This document shows, one piece after another, positions 37,201-49,393 of a stretch of 64,000 nucleotides of DNA. Source of the DNA: Felis catus (lineage: Eukaryota); contig NC_058368.1 in assembly GCF_018350175.1 (NCBI RefSeq), positions 171,804,001 to 171,868,000 of the forward strand. The letters run 5' to 3'. Position numbers and translations under genes: made by a program. Every line of letters begins with the position of its first letter. Positions within the stretch are counted from its first letter, which is position 1. The notes beneath the pieces were generated by a model that was given only the letters and a program-made list of their open reading frames with translations, did not search any database and was not told the DNA's origin.

Positions 37201-40200
37201 TTTTGATAGAACTATTTAGACCATTTGCCTCAATTTTCAGAATCACTTTGACCCAGCTGATGCTCTGTAGTTTCAGCCAAGAGCTGCTCTGGATGACCCC
37301 ACCCTGGGGACCCTAAGTCCAAAGAAAAAGCTTCCAGCTGAGGAGCTGGTGGCAGAACTGGGAGATTAAACCCACCCATCCCACTGTCCTCCATGCAGCC
37401 CTCTCTCTGCAAGTTTTAAGTCCAGGACAAGAGGCCATTGGAGAGCTGGCTTCTCTCCTTTGTTTCAGAAAGCACAGAGGAGTTCTGTGCTCTCCAGGGC
37501 GGCCTTTCTTAAATTCCTAGTGTCAGGATTTGGTTGTTCTAAGTAACATAGCCCTCGCCCCATCTAATCCCCACCCCCCCACCTCCTGCTCCTTTCTGCC
37601 TTCCTCCAGCAGCAAATGGTGGGCATCACATCTCTCCAAACTCAGCCTCAGACAAATTAAAGTCTGGTACCCAAATGGGCCATTTGGTTCCCTTACTAAA
37701 GGCAAGTCCAGCATCTTTATTTGACACCTAAAAAGACAATCTGTAACAGATCCGGGGTAATACACCTAGAAACGATACATCTGAATAACTCCCTATGGGG
37801 AGATTTTACCAAAAAGTTCTATGTCAATCTTGCACAACCTCTATGAGCTCATTTGTGAAATAAGATTTGAGTCCTAACCACAATTCTTGGAAGTAAATAA
37901 GAAATTTAGGTAAATGTTATGCAACTTTGAAGCTACTATTTGGTATTCCTTTCACTATCAGTTTTAAAAAACTGTTTTAAAAATATCATGTTTTGAAGGG
38001 AGCTTTGTTTTTCTCAGCTCTTTCTCCCATCTGCTACATTTTGTAACAAAGCCATAATCTGGTGTTTATGATATTAGTTGCTGTGGAAATTAATTTAATG
38101 CTATGCTATTCCTGTTTTACTGAGACAGCCTGAGTCAGTACAGGGGTTTGAAACATAAGTATTACCACAGTAAGCATTTGAAAAAAAAGTAAAACATTTA
38201 ATAAATAGAATCAATTTTAGAATTAATGGGTACTCACCTTTGTACTCACATTATTGCTTAGTGGCAGGGACATTTTAAAGGATTAGACCAAAGCAAACTC
38301 TATTTGAAAAGACCTATTACTCGAGAAAGGAAATTTCATACAAATGAAGAGATGAGGCTATTGTATTTTACAATGACCTCCATTGCATGTCCCAGCATAA
38401 AGTATTTTTAGGAAGATAACTGAACTCTTCCTCCTCAGAATAGTAGATTAGTCTCTCTAGGTTGGGGGGAGGGGGAGGGGGGAACTAATGCAGGAGAAAA
38501 GACAGAGCCCTGTAATAGAAGACACTTCTACCTTAAATAATAATTTTCTTAAGGCCTATTGTTCCTTCCACTAGAAAGGAAATAATGCCTTTCTTTCTCA
38601 GCACCTCCCTGCCTTCCCATCCACTCAACGAGCCCCTCCAACCTCTTACTGCTGCCCTCCTAAGCCACATTGACGCTGCCCTACACCTGCAGGCCCCTCT
38701 CCCTTACAGCTTTCACCCCATTGGACTCTCCCACAGGTCAAATGAGACTTGAAGCAGGGGAGAATTCTCATTGGCAATGCTGTGAGTTTGGCTGATGGTA
38801 GAGGAGGAAACCAGATGGAGAAGGGGAATCAGACAAGTAGCTTGCTAGGGCGAATGCTGACACAGCTGTTTCTTCATCCTTACAGTTATGACATTCCTGC
38901 TTTGACGCCTCCAACTTTACTCATTGCCCCACTCCTGCCCCTGATTTTACACCCTGCCCCTTTGCTGCTCTTTGTCACTGTCCTCTTAGTCACCAAAGGA
39001 GAGGGAAAAGCAGTTTGTTATTTGAGAGATTTGGCCTGGATTATTTAGCAAATGCTTTTATTAGGATGCGTTTACAAGTCTGATGTCTTATCTCCTTGTT
39101 TCCCTCAGTGAGCTTCCTGAAGGAAGTTCCTGTCTTCCAACATATTATTTACAGACTGGCACTTAGCATACCATAAGTGCATAATGAGTGTTATTTATTT
39201 TTTTTTTTTTTTTGTCATATAAAGATAATTGGTGGGAAGTATAATGTATCCTAGCCTCTGAAGAAGCTAGGTCATCATTGGACTATTGTCATCTGGGGCA
39301 AGTTGAAAAGTTCTGGAGCCTCTGAGCCAGATGCTCAGATGGGTGAAATGTGCCCAAGGGCTCCAAGTGTGGACTACAGAACCCACAGACACTGCCCATA
39401 CTGTTTTACTGAGCTCACACCTGAGTCATATACCTGTTCATACCAGGTGCGTGGCTTAGGACTTCAAAGGGAGACTATGATAGTGGAGTGGATTTCAAAT
39501 TCACAGTCAACAAACAACTCAACTCAAGTTAGCTTATTGCTCTATAAATGAATTAGATTTAACTCTAAAATCTCCAGTTTCAATGAGGGGGAGAGACTCA
39601 GTCTTGTCACTCTCATTGCAGTTTCAAAGTTAGCCTCTTGGAGTAAATATTCAGTCAAATAAAAGACTTGAGCTCAATCCATTTGGAGCTCACATTCAAC
39701 ATCAGAGGTGTTTTCCATTCACAAGGATTCTCCTCTTACCCCTCAAGCTGTGTCTGGGTGCAGGGGGAGAACAGCAAGGAAGGGTCTGATTGTGCCCCAG
39801 ATGCCCCTGTCTTTGCTTCACAGTTTTGAAGCTGAATAATTTGTAGTCTGTTGTCTTAATGTAATGAAGTCTACCACGCCCACCACCATTCAGTGCCTCC
39901 TGTCTCTAGTGAAGCGTGGAGACTGGACCTCATCTTGATCCTTTGGGCTACCCTCCCAAGATCCTGCACTATAGGGTCACCTTGCCCAAGGCAAGAGGAC
40001 CCCTGCCCTCTGCTGGAAACTCCATGGAGAGCTCCATGTTCAGGCTCCGAGCACTGTTTCCAGCCTTCTCTCTGCTTCCCCTGCCATACTCCCATTTCCA
40101 CTCTGGGTTCCAAAGAGGGTCAAACCCTCTGCTTTAGGGCTACTAAGCTTATCTACCGGTCTCTACCCCCTACAGAGAAAAAGGAGAGGTGTCAGCAGGA

Positions 40201-40292
40201 AGTTGCGACAGAAGGGAGTGGGGGAAGGTGGGAAGAAAGCCTGGGGGGTGGGGGGCAGCAAACAGTCTCAGCTAAACTCTCTTGCTCTCTTC

Positions 40293-40509
40293 CTTTTTTT
40301 TTTTAATGTTTTATTTTATTTTTGAGAGAGACAGAGACAGAGACAGAACAGCAGGAGAGGGGCAGAGAGAGAGGGAGACACAGAACTTGAAGCAGGCTCC
40401 AGGCTCTGTGCTGTCAACAGAGCACGACATAGTGCTCCAACCCACTAAGTGTGAGTCATGACCTGAGCTGAAGTCAGACACTTAACCGACTGAGCCACCC
40501 AGGTGCCCC
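40293..40509 (-). mobile_element. Can-SINE
   Basis: TSD TCTCTTGCTCTCTTC. Confidence 0.94.
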
Positions 40510-41857
40510 TCTCTTGCTCTCTTCTTTCCAGATTCTTTCATTGACTCTTTTCTACTATTTGGAGACATTAAAAAGGTATATTATCTTAACGCAGCCTGCT
40601 CTTTATTTCAAAATCGAGTAACTTTCGAACTACTCCTTCAAACACAAGCAGCAGATAGGTTTGTAAGCAGGCTTACAAATAAAACAAAAAATCTAATTGC
40701 ACTCAAGTACCATATTTTAAAATACTATTCTTATTCTTAGTAATAATAGTTAAAATCTAAATTCTAAAAGTATTCCTGGTGAAATCTTGTGTGTGTTTTA
40801 ATTGGGCTTGCAGATCTTTGAAGCTTCAAATTCTATCATTTTCGCCAGTACCTGATGACTCATGCAGCAATTGGTTCTCGCTGATCTCAGCTTCTTTTCT
40901 ATGGGCAAAGGGGCAGCAACAGACACGTCTTTGATCATTAATAATTTCAGCACCTCTGACCCATCACTCTCCAAGCAATTTCTCCCCAAGGTGCTCTTGG
41001 AATAGAAAATTATGATCTGGGAACTAGGCCTGGGTACTTTTGGTATGTGAGAATGGGGGATAGCGAGGGACACTGAGGCCTGGAGGATCCCCTTTGCTCA
41101 AAAATGAATAAGCTAGCTAGGCTAGAGGAATAGAGGTATAGTCTGGAAGACCTTCAAGTGTCACGGGAGCTATGTTTCCTGGAGTGGTATCCTGGGACAG
41201 CCTACACCTACTTACTGGCAGTTCTGTGGGAGTCTCACGAAGTATCTTTGGTCTCCATAGCTGGAGGCACAGAACACTTGGGGCTTCCTCCCACCTTCGC
41301 CACTGCCCACCTATCCCCCACCCAGCACTGGGTAATGTTATGCAGATGACCGGTGATAGCAATGACACCTGCCTTACCACCGGTCTGTTTATATGCACAG
41401 TATCTCAGGACTTTACTGTCATGTCTGTGGCATCACTGGACATGCCTAAGAGAGAGGCCACTACATGTGACCTCAATGATTCTCAGCTGAGCAGCTCAAG
41501 AACAAAATTTTCAACATCCACCTGACTGAATTCATTACATACAAAGTAGAACTAGGAGGTGGCCCCCTATCTCTTTGCAGACATAAGAGCTTTTGTCTGC
41601 AAACAGCAACAGAATCCACACCAGCACCCAACCTCCACCAAGAACACAGCATCTAGTGATGCTACTGCTACTCCCTTTTTTTAGTGACGGGACTTTCTTT
41701 GTTGTCCCCAACATACAACCCCGTGGCCTAGGACAGGGCTCTACCCCAGTATATACAGTGAGGGCTGGGAACACTGAAAAAATTCCCTGTCTCCAGGAAG
41801 ACTGACTTCAGTTGAGAAGGTAGAGAAGGAAGCCTGAACTTTTCAGGCATGAGATGC

Positions 41858-41990
41858 TGTGCTAGTTACCAATTTATCCACTCTCAGCTCTGAATTCACA
41901 GTCATCATCTACTCTGTGATAGTGGAGATGGACTCTAAATATTTCTCCTCTGCCAGCTAGCATGATGTTTAGTCTGTCTGTGGAAGGGCC
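41858..41990 (+). mobile_element. ERVL LTR 5' fragment (LTR41-like)
   Basis: tgtgctagttaccaatttatccactctcagctctgaattcac...tttctcctctgccagctagca matches my recollection of LTR41. Confidence 0.6.
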
Positions 41991-43203
41991 TCGTCATCTA
42001 GGGGCTCATGATTTAGTGGGGAAAACACATTCACACACATAGACACACACAGAGACACATTCCTACAGGACACAGGGAAGATGGGACAGGGCAAGAATCC
42101 GGACACAAGACACTGAGGGGACCCATGTGAGCTCAGCTTTACAAAAAAGTGATTTTCCAAAGGGAAATATGAAGAACTTCAGAAGGCAAAGTGACTTTAG
42201 TCCACAAGAAACCTTTTCTTGTTCTCTCTAGGAACGTGAACAGAGGTACTAAGTTGCCATCCATGGATTCATAAGCAAACAGCCAGATACTCACAGCTTT
42301 CCATTTCATAAGGCTATGTGAAGGTCTCCAAGTCAGAGCTCAGGAATAAATCCCAGGACTTACAAATGAGCCATCAAAACATAAGCCCTTTGACAAGTTC
42401 TACTGCTGGGGAATACTGGTGAGACTCTTAATTCTGAATCCAGCTTTGCCCCATCAGGTAAGGAGCAAAGCCCCCAGGAACTCCAAACTCTCCTTATCAC
42501 CCTGCAGCCAAGAATGCTTCACCTTTCTCCTGCCCCATGAAGGCATTCCTAGGAGTTGATTCAACCCCATTTATCAATCCCTGTTCCTCAGTTCCGCATT
42601 TGCACAATCCCTGCACTGTGAGTCTTAGGGTTTTTAGTGCCTTAGTTTGCTCCCCCTTTCTATTGCCATCCTTCTTGATAGGGAGACTGGAAGAGGCACA
42701 ATAAAATTCCTAGATATATTTTCTTTAAAAAGATACCCACTGTAAATAATTATGAGGTAGAAATCACAAATGCATGAGTATAGAATGAATAAAAATGTCA
42801 ACTACTCTAATGTTATGCAAATAGGTGCTTGTGGCTTGTGATAAAATTGCTGAAGACAGCTTCATGCAGAGATTCACATAGTATGGTGTTTCACATAACA
42901 GAGCTGCTGACATGCTCTGAAAAAAACTAGGTTAGATGACACAAGAACTAATTATAGTATTGGCAAAGATTCTGATAAATATACATGTAAAAAACTTAAG
43001 TGAAACTATGTCCTGATAACTGAGAGTAAAAAAAGCAACATTCCTAAATTTATATATCACACTATACAATATAGATTTTTTAAATAATTGTTAATTATAA
43101 CAGAGTTTTCAAAAAGAGACATTTGACTGTTTTTTTCTGTATCTCTAGAAGTATATATTACATTCAAGTTGGCCTAAAGAACTTCTTTAAAAATTATTTT
43201 ATT

Positions 43204-43405
43204 GGGGTGGCTCAGTCATTTAAGCCTCAGACTTTTTATTTTGGCTCAGGTCATAATCTCACAGTCATGAGAGGGAGCCTCACATCAGGCTCTGCACTGA
43301 GCATGGAGCCTGCTTAAGATTCTCTCTCCCTCTCCCTCTGCCCCTCTGTTCCACTCATGCTTGCTCTCGCTCTCTCTCGCTCTCTCTAAAACATAAATAA
43401 AAATT
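43204..43405 (+). mobile_element. Can-SINE
   Basis: Diverged body, CT tract, TSD-like aaaattattttattg / aaaagtatcttattg. Confidence 0.88.
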
Positions 43406-43704
43406 AAAAGTATCTTATTGAAAAAAAATGAGGAGTCTCCTTATATTTAGGATTGCCCTTGTATTCAGGCATATAAGATATATAATAAGCAGGGCATTTA
43501 GTAATCAACCAAAAACTTGCCTGTCTCCTCCAGTTCACAGTAAAGGAAGCCTAGGCCTGAGCCTTCCTCCAACTTTCCTGCTTCAAGAATTTACTAAAAC
43601 CTGGGAGGGTGAGAATAGTGTCTATGGCCTTCTGAGTTACCCCTTTCCTCCCCCAGAAAACAGTCATTCATAGTCTCTGACAGAGAAGGTCTTATTTAAA
43701 AATT

Positions 43705-44900
43705 CTAACATAACCCATATACATACATATGGTCAACTGACTTTTCAACAAAGATGCAAAGACAATGCCATGAAGAAACAATAACCTTTTCAATAAATGG
43801 TGCTGGAGCAACTGGACATACAGATGCAAAAGAAAAACAAAGAGAAAAAGAAAAAGAAAGAAAGAAGAGAGAGGGGGAGGAAGGAAGGAAGGAAGGAAGG
43901 AAGGAAGGAAGGAAGGAAAAGAGAGAGAGAACCTCTTTTGTATCATATGCAAAAATAGATCATAGAGACAAATATTAAACTTGTAACTGTAAAACTTCTA
44001 GAAGGTATCATAGGAGCAGAATTTTGTGCCCTTGAGTTAGGCAAGATTTCTTAGATCTTAGAAAGACTAACATCCAAAACACTAACAACATTAAACACTG
44101 ACAAGGATGTGGAGTAACAGGAATTCTCATTCCTGCTGATGTGAATGCAAATGACACTGCCACTTTGGAAGACATTTTGGCAATTTCTCACAAAACTAAA
44201 CATACTCTCATCATACAATTTGGATTTACTCAAAGGAATTGAAAACTTACATCCACACAAAAACCTGCACACAAATGTTTACAGCAGCTTATTCATAATT
44301 GCCAAAACTTGGAAGCAACCAAATATACATCAGTAGGTAAATGGATGAATAAACTATAACACAAACAGATAATTATTTAGAACTTGAAATGAGTTAGCAA
44401 GCCATGAAAAGACATGGAGAAAACTTAAATGCATATTACTAAGTGAAAGTAGTCAATCTGAAAAGGTTACATTCTATATGATCCCAGTTATATGACATTC
44501 TAGAAAAGGCAAACCTATGGAGACAATAAAACATCAGTGATTGCCAGGGGTGGAGTGGCAGTGGCTTGGGGTATAGGGATGAATAGGCAGAACATACAAG
44601 ATTTTTAGGGCAGTGAAAATACTCTGTATGGTATTATAATATGGATGTATGTTATTATGCATTTATCCAAACCCATAGAATGTACAACACCAATAGTGAA
44701 CCCTAAAGTAAACTATAGACTTTGAGAGATTGTGACATGACACTGTAAGTTCATACCTGATAACAAATGTACCACTCTGGCGATTGATGTTGATAATAAT
44801 AATATGATCATGTACGGTGGGGCAGCGAGTATATGGGAAATCTCTGTACCTCACTCTCAATTTGGTGGTGAGCCTAAAACTGCTCTTAAAAAAGAGTCTT
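43705..44900 (+). mobile_element. L1 ORF2 end and 3' UTR (L1MC1/2-like)
   Basis: ggtcaactgacttttcaacaaagatgcaaag; PLWKTFWQFLTKLNI peptide; aaacccatagaatgtacaacaccaa...gaaccctaaagtaaacta 3' UTR. Confidence 0.88.
43879..43918. repeat. (GGAA)10 microsatellite in a ~90-bp purine tract
   Basis: Perfect tetranucleotide run. Confidence 0.97.
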
Positions 44901-44902
44901 TA

Positions 44903-45008
44903 GGTGGCGCCTGCCTGGCTCAGTCGGTGGAGCATGTAACTCTTGATCTCAGGGTTGCGGGTTCAAGCCCCATACTGGGTGCAGAGATACTTAAAAATAA
45001 AATCTTTA
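44903..45008 (+). mobile_element. Short-type Can-SINE in L1 tail
   Basis: ggcgcctgcctggctcagtcggtggagcatg...aaaataaaatcttt. Confidence 0.9.
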
Positions 45009-45011
45009 CAA

Positions 45012-45216
45012 TTTTTTTTAAGGTTTATTTATTTTTGAGAGACAGAGTGAGAGTGGCGTAGGGGCAGAAAGAGAGAGGGAGACACAGAATCTGAAGCAGG
45101 CTCCAGGCTCTAGGCTGTCAGCACAGAGCCCAACATGGGGCTCAAACCCACCAACTGTAGGATCATGACCTGAGCCGAAGTCAGACACTGAACCGACTGA
45201 GCCACCCAGGCGCCCC
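45012..45216 (-). mobile_element. Can-SINE inserted tail-to-tail in the previous SINE
   Basis: TSD AAAATAA(A/G)ATCTT. Confidence 0.94.
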
Positions 45217-45439
45217 AAAAATAAGATCTTAAAGAAAGTATTTAAACAAACAAACAAACCAAGTGTAATTGTTCATAATCATTCCAAACTAAAAGCAACC
45301 CAAATATTCTTCGGCCCATGAATGGTAACAAACTATAGCATTATATACTGCAATCCAATACTGCAATAAAAATAAATGAATTACTGATACACAGAACAAA
45401 GAGATGTGCCCCGTCAAACCATTATATAGTATCTCCACC

Positions 45440-45672
45440 ACACAGAATAAATTGATAGAAACAATGCCAGGCACATAGGTAATAGTCAAATGTAGTAAAA
45501 TTATTAAAAAGCAATGAGTTTTGAGTATTTATTACCTTTGTTTTGAATGTAATTTAATTGTAAGTTTATATCATTTAATTTTTAATGACTGTGTTTAATA
45601 ATCAGTTTAGGAAATTCCTAAAATTTAACAGTCAGGTCTCTAGCACTTCTTTGAGCTGGCTCTAGCCCATTA
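45440..45672. mobile_element. MER63-like hAT element
   Basis: atgagttttgagtatttattacctttgtttt...aaattcctaaaatttaaca...gagctggctctagc. Confidence 0.75.
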
Positions 45673-46636
45673 AGGATCCGGATGCACATTTATGAATCCC
45701 TCCTCCACCACAAATTCTGGGGCAGCAGTGGCAACAGGAAGGGAGAGTGCAAACATATGTTGTTTCCCTGGACCCCACTACTCTCAATATGCTGCCAGAA
45801 CTGCTTTGACTGTATGGGATCCTTCCCTGAGCTATGCAGATTGGTTATCAGGGCTGAAATATCAGTGTCATCAGCCACACCATAAACCACATGAGGAAAT
45901 GCAGGTGGATTTCAGTGGAAAAAATGATTTGGTGTTCTTCGACAAATTTCACTCATTAAAATTATCTGTTGGGTTTTTTTTTTAAAGAGGATTTGTTGAG
46001 GGAGAAAAATTGTTATTCCAAAATGCCTTTTATTTTTGTACTCAAATCTGAAAAGATAGTCATCAAAATGTTAACACTTACCTTAGATGGTGAAAATTTT
46101 TTCCTTCTTGTGATTTTCTGTAGTTTACAAATTTTCTGCAATAAATATATAGCACTAAGGTAGTATGAAAAAAATTGAGACAAATCCTTGGTAACTTAAT
46201 ATTTGAAATTACATTGGTGCTGTCCTTTCAAAGACTAGAAGAATAAATAGCATTTTCGGTAAAAGAATGCCCTGGGAAACAGACATTACTATGTTCTGTT
46301 TCATTTAAAAGCCAGATGTCCAGGAATTGGATATGGTTAATTATCAATTTTCACCCAGATGGAGTGTTTGCTTTTTTTCTGTCATTAGATGGAAAAGCAC
46401 AGCATCTCTGGCTACTTACTTTATTACATTCAGTCACTTTAGCTGGAAAGATTTAAAGGAATAGGTGGAGCTTAGAGGAAGGGCATTTTATTCTATTATG
46501 AATGAAAAGTTAAAGCAGGTACAAGAAATAGAAGGAAAAGACTGAAAATGTGTAACTGGTCATGCAATGAGAGAATTTCAAGCCTGCTCTTTGACCAATT
46601 CCAGTAGTGTTAGAAATGGAATTCATACTGCATTTC

Positions 46637-47020
46637 TGTCTTCCTATATTCATCTATTGCTATATAGCAAATCATTGTAAGACTTAGCTTAAAACAAGAA
46701 ACAGCTATTATTTCACAGTCTATATGTCAGGGAGTTGAGCATGGTTTATGTGGCCGCCTGTGGCTCAAAATTTCCCATGAAGCTGTTAGCTGAGGCTGTG
46801 GTGTCCTCTAAATGCTTGACTGGAGGAGGATCCGCTTCCAGGTTCGCTCACATGATTGTTGGCAGTATTGCATTCTTTGCGAACTGTTAGAATGAGAACC
46901 TCAGTACCTCACTGGCTTTTGGCCAGAGACATTCTCAGTTCCATGCCACATGGGCTTCTCCATAGAGCAGCTCACAACATGGGAGCTGGCTTCCTCAGAA
47001 CAAATGAGCAAGAGAAGCAT
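46637..47020 (-). mobile_element. MaLR LTR (MLT1F-like)
   Basis: gcttgactggaggaggatccgcttcca...gccacatgggcttctccatagagcagctcacaacatgg. Confidence 0.8.
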
Positions 47021-47371
47021 CTAAGACATTTGTTTCCTGTCTCTTAGGACTCAATGTTCTTTATTGCCCAGTGTCCAGGGCCTCAAAAAACATTGCTTCA
47101 CATATTGTGCCCAGTTTGGGGGTGGTTTAAAGCATGGTGTATATGTGGTACTTGTTACTCCAACTTAACCAGAAGTGAGTGTCTGAAAGTCTCTTATTAA
47201 TAATCTTATCATACATCTCTGCTAGAAACAAATTGAATTTAATCTATTAGATTTTATGTTTGTGACCATAAGGCAATGTATTAAAAAAAATTCTTATTGG
47301 TTAAAGAAAAATTATGAGCACAAAAGTAAAATTTATCAGAAATCATTGTCTTAATTTGCATAATGAGATGG

Positions 47372-47587
47372 GCTGGGAAATCTGACAGCCATTGGCCACA
47401 TAGCTATTGAATACTTGAAATGCAGCTAACGTCACATGTTGAAATGATAATACTTTGGATACACTGGGTTAAATAAAATATAGTATTAAAATTAATTTCA
47501 CTTTTTTCTATGATTTTCTTAATGTAGCTACTAGAAAATTTAGAATTATGTTTGTGGCTTGCATTATATTTCTATTGGTCAGCCTTG
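47372..47587. mobile_element. MER3-like hAT-Charlie element
   Basis: gggttaaataaaatatagtattaaaattaatttcac...aatgtagctactagaaaattt...cattatatttctattgg. Confidence 0.82.
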
Positions 47588-48356
47588 AGCTAGAGGGTTA
47601 ACATATGACTGGGCTCTGTGAATCATTTGCCCCCAAGCTTCTGACTGAAAGCAAGTGTAGTGAAGTCATGGTGACCCTCTTTTCTAGTGAGAGCAGTGGC
47701 AGCAATAAAGACTGTATCTTGTTTCCAGGTAGAAGTGGCATCAGCCAGTGTCAAGGCAAGTGGTATTGGTGGTCCTAGTTTTGGTGTCTGTACCCAGCAG
47801 TGGGTGCCGGGGAGGCTTCTTGAGACCACTTCTAGGCCTAATGTTGAGTACTGTCCCTGAACATCCTGCAGGTATCCAGTAGTCTTCTAATAAACACTTT
47901 TCAGCTCAGGTCCTTCATGAAGGTTCTCTTCTCCATCCTAGTCCACAGTGATCCTTCCTCCTTTCAACATCAATAGTCTATCAGATCCAAACCACACACT
48001 TGGCCTGTGCAAATTATGTTATAGGAAATTATGCCTTTCAGTCAGACTCTGAAATGAAATTCCTCATGGCAGGAATCCTGACTTTTACATAATTGTTTCT
48101 CAGTAGCTGTCAGGCCATCTTGGTCACAGCATTTCTAGAGGAATACTTGTTAGTTATCACTGCAGATCTCTGAGGTAGGCAGAGCGGCTGTCATTATCCC
48201 TTCATACAGAGGAGGAAGCTTGCTCAGTGGGGTAGAGTGACTAGCCTAAGGTCTCATAGCCAGTGTGCTGACAAATTGAGACAGTAGCCCAGACCTCCTC
48301 ACTGCCCATCCCCAACCCTTTCTTGTATTTCAGGCCCTGCAATATACATAAGATGG

Positions 48357-48778
48357 TGTATTCATTTCTAGGGCTGGTATAACAAAGTGCCACAAACCAA
48401 TGTCTTAAAACAATGGGAATGTATTGTCTCACAGATCTGGAGGCTATTAGTCTGAAATCAAGGTGGCAGGGCCATGCTCCCTCTGAAACCTGTAGGGAGT
48501 TCTCATGGTTTGCCAGTAATCTTTGGTGTTCCTTGGCTTGTAACTGTATAACTCCAACTCTGTGTGTCTCTTCTCTCATGTGGCTGTCTCATGAGGACAC
48601 TAGCTATTGGATTAGGCCTCCATCCTACTCCAGTATGAACTTGTTTCAACTTAATTATATATGCAATGACCCTATTCCCAAATAAGTTCATATTCTTTAG
48701 TATTGGAGATTAGGACTTCAACATATCTTTTATTTGGCGGGGGGGGGGGGGGCATGGGAGCATGTTCAGCCTATAACA
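48357..48778 (-). mobile_element. MaLR solo LTR (MLT1C-like)
   Basis: TG...CA ends with perfect TSD GATGG (48352-48356 / 48779-48783). Confidence 0.92.
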
Positions 48779-48807
48779 GATGGTCACCATAAGAGGAGAG
48801 AATACCA

Positions 48808-48996
48808 GGGCTCCTGGGTGGCTCAGGTCATTCATGATCTCACAGTTTGTGAGTTCGAGTCCCACGTCAGGCTCTGTGCTGATAGCTCAGAGCCTGGAGC
48901 CTGCTTCAGATTCTGTGTCTCCCTCTCTCTCTGCCCCTCCCCCACTCGCACTCTTGTCTCTGAAAAATGAATAAACGTTAAAAAAAATTAAAAAGA
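48808..48996 (+). mobile_element. Can-SINE with internal deletion in the head
   Basis: Perfect TSD AAGAGGAGAGAATACCA; deletion between the two GCTCAG copies. Confidence 0.94.
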
Positions 48997-49167
48997 AAGA
49001 GGAGAGAATACCATAGAAACTGAAGACATCATCTTGTATCCAGGATTTATTCCAAGGAAGAATTACACTACAGCAGGGTAGAAGGTGAGACTTCTCAGGT
49101 ATGTATTCCCACCTACTACTGGGCTTGCACATGGACTATCTGGGTTAAGTTGAAAGGGTATATTATA

Positions 49168-49393
49168 GGGGCGCCTGGGTGGCGCAGTCGGTTAAGCGTC
49201 CGACTTCAGCCAGGTCACGATCTCGTGGTCCGTGAGTTCGAGCCCTGCATCAGGCTCTGGGCTGATGGCCCAGAGCCTGGAGCCTGTTTCCGATTCTGTG
49301 TCTCCCTCTCTCTCTGCCCCTCCCCCGTTCATGCTCTGTCTCTCTCTGTCCCAAAAATAAATAAACGTTGAAAAAAAATTAAAAAAAAAAAAA
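49168..49393 (+). mobile_element. Young feline Can-SINE (SINEC_Fc-type)
   Basis: CpG-rich; TSD GAAAG(G/T)GTATATTAT. Confidence 0.97.

Noticed and set aside
26973..47361. Scattered octamer motifs (26973, 37116, 42815, 47354), including a SOX-OCT-like AATGTTATGCAAAT
   Set aside because: A few are expected by chance in 64 kb of AT-rich DNA; the SOX half is mismatched.
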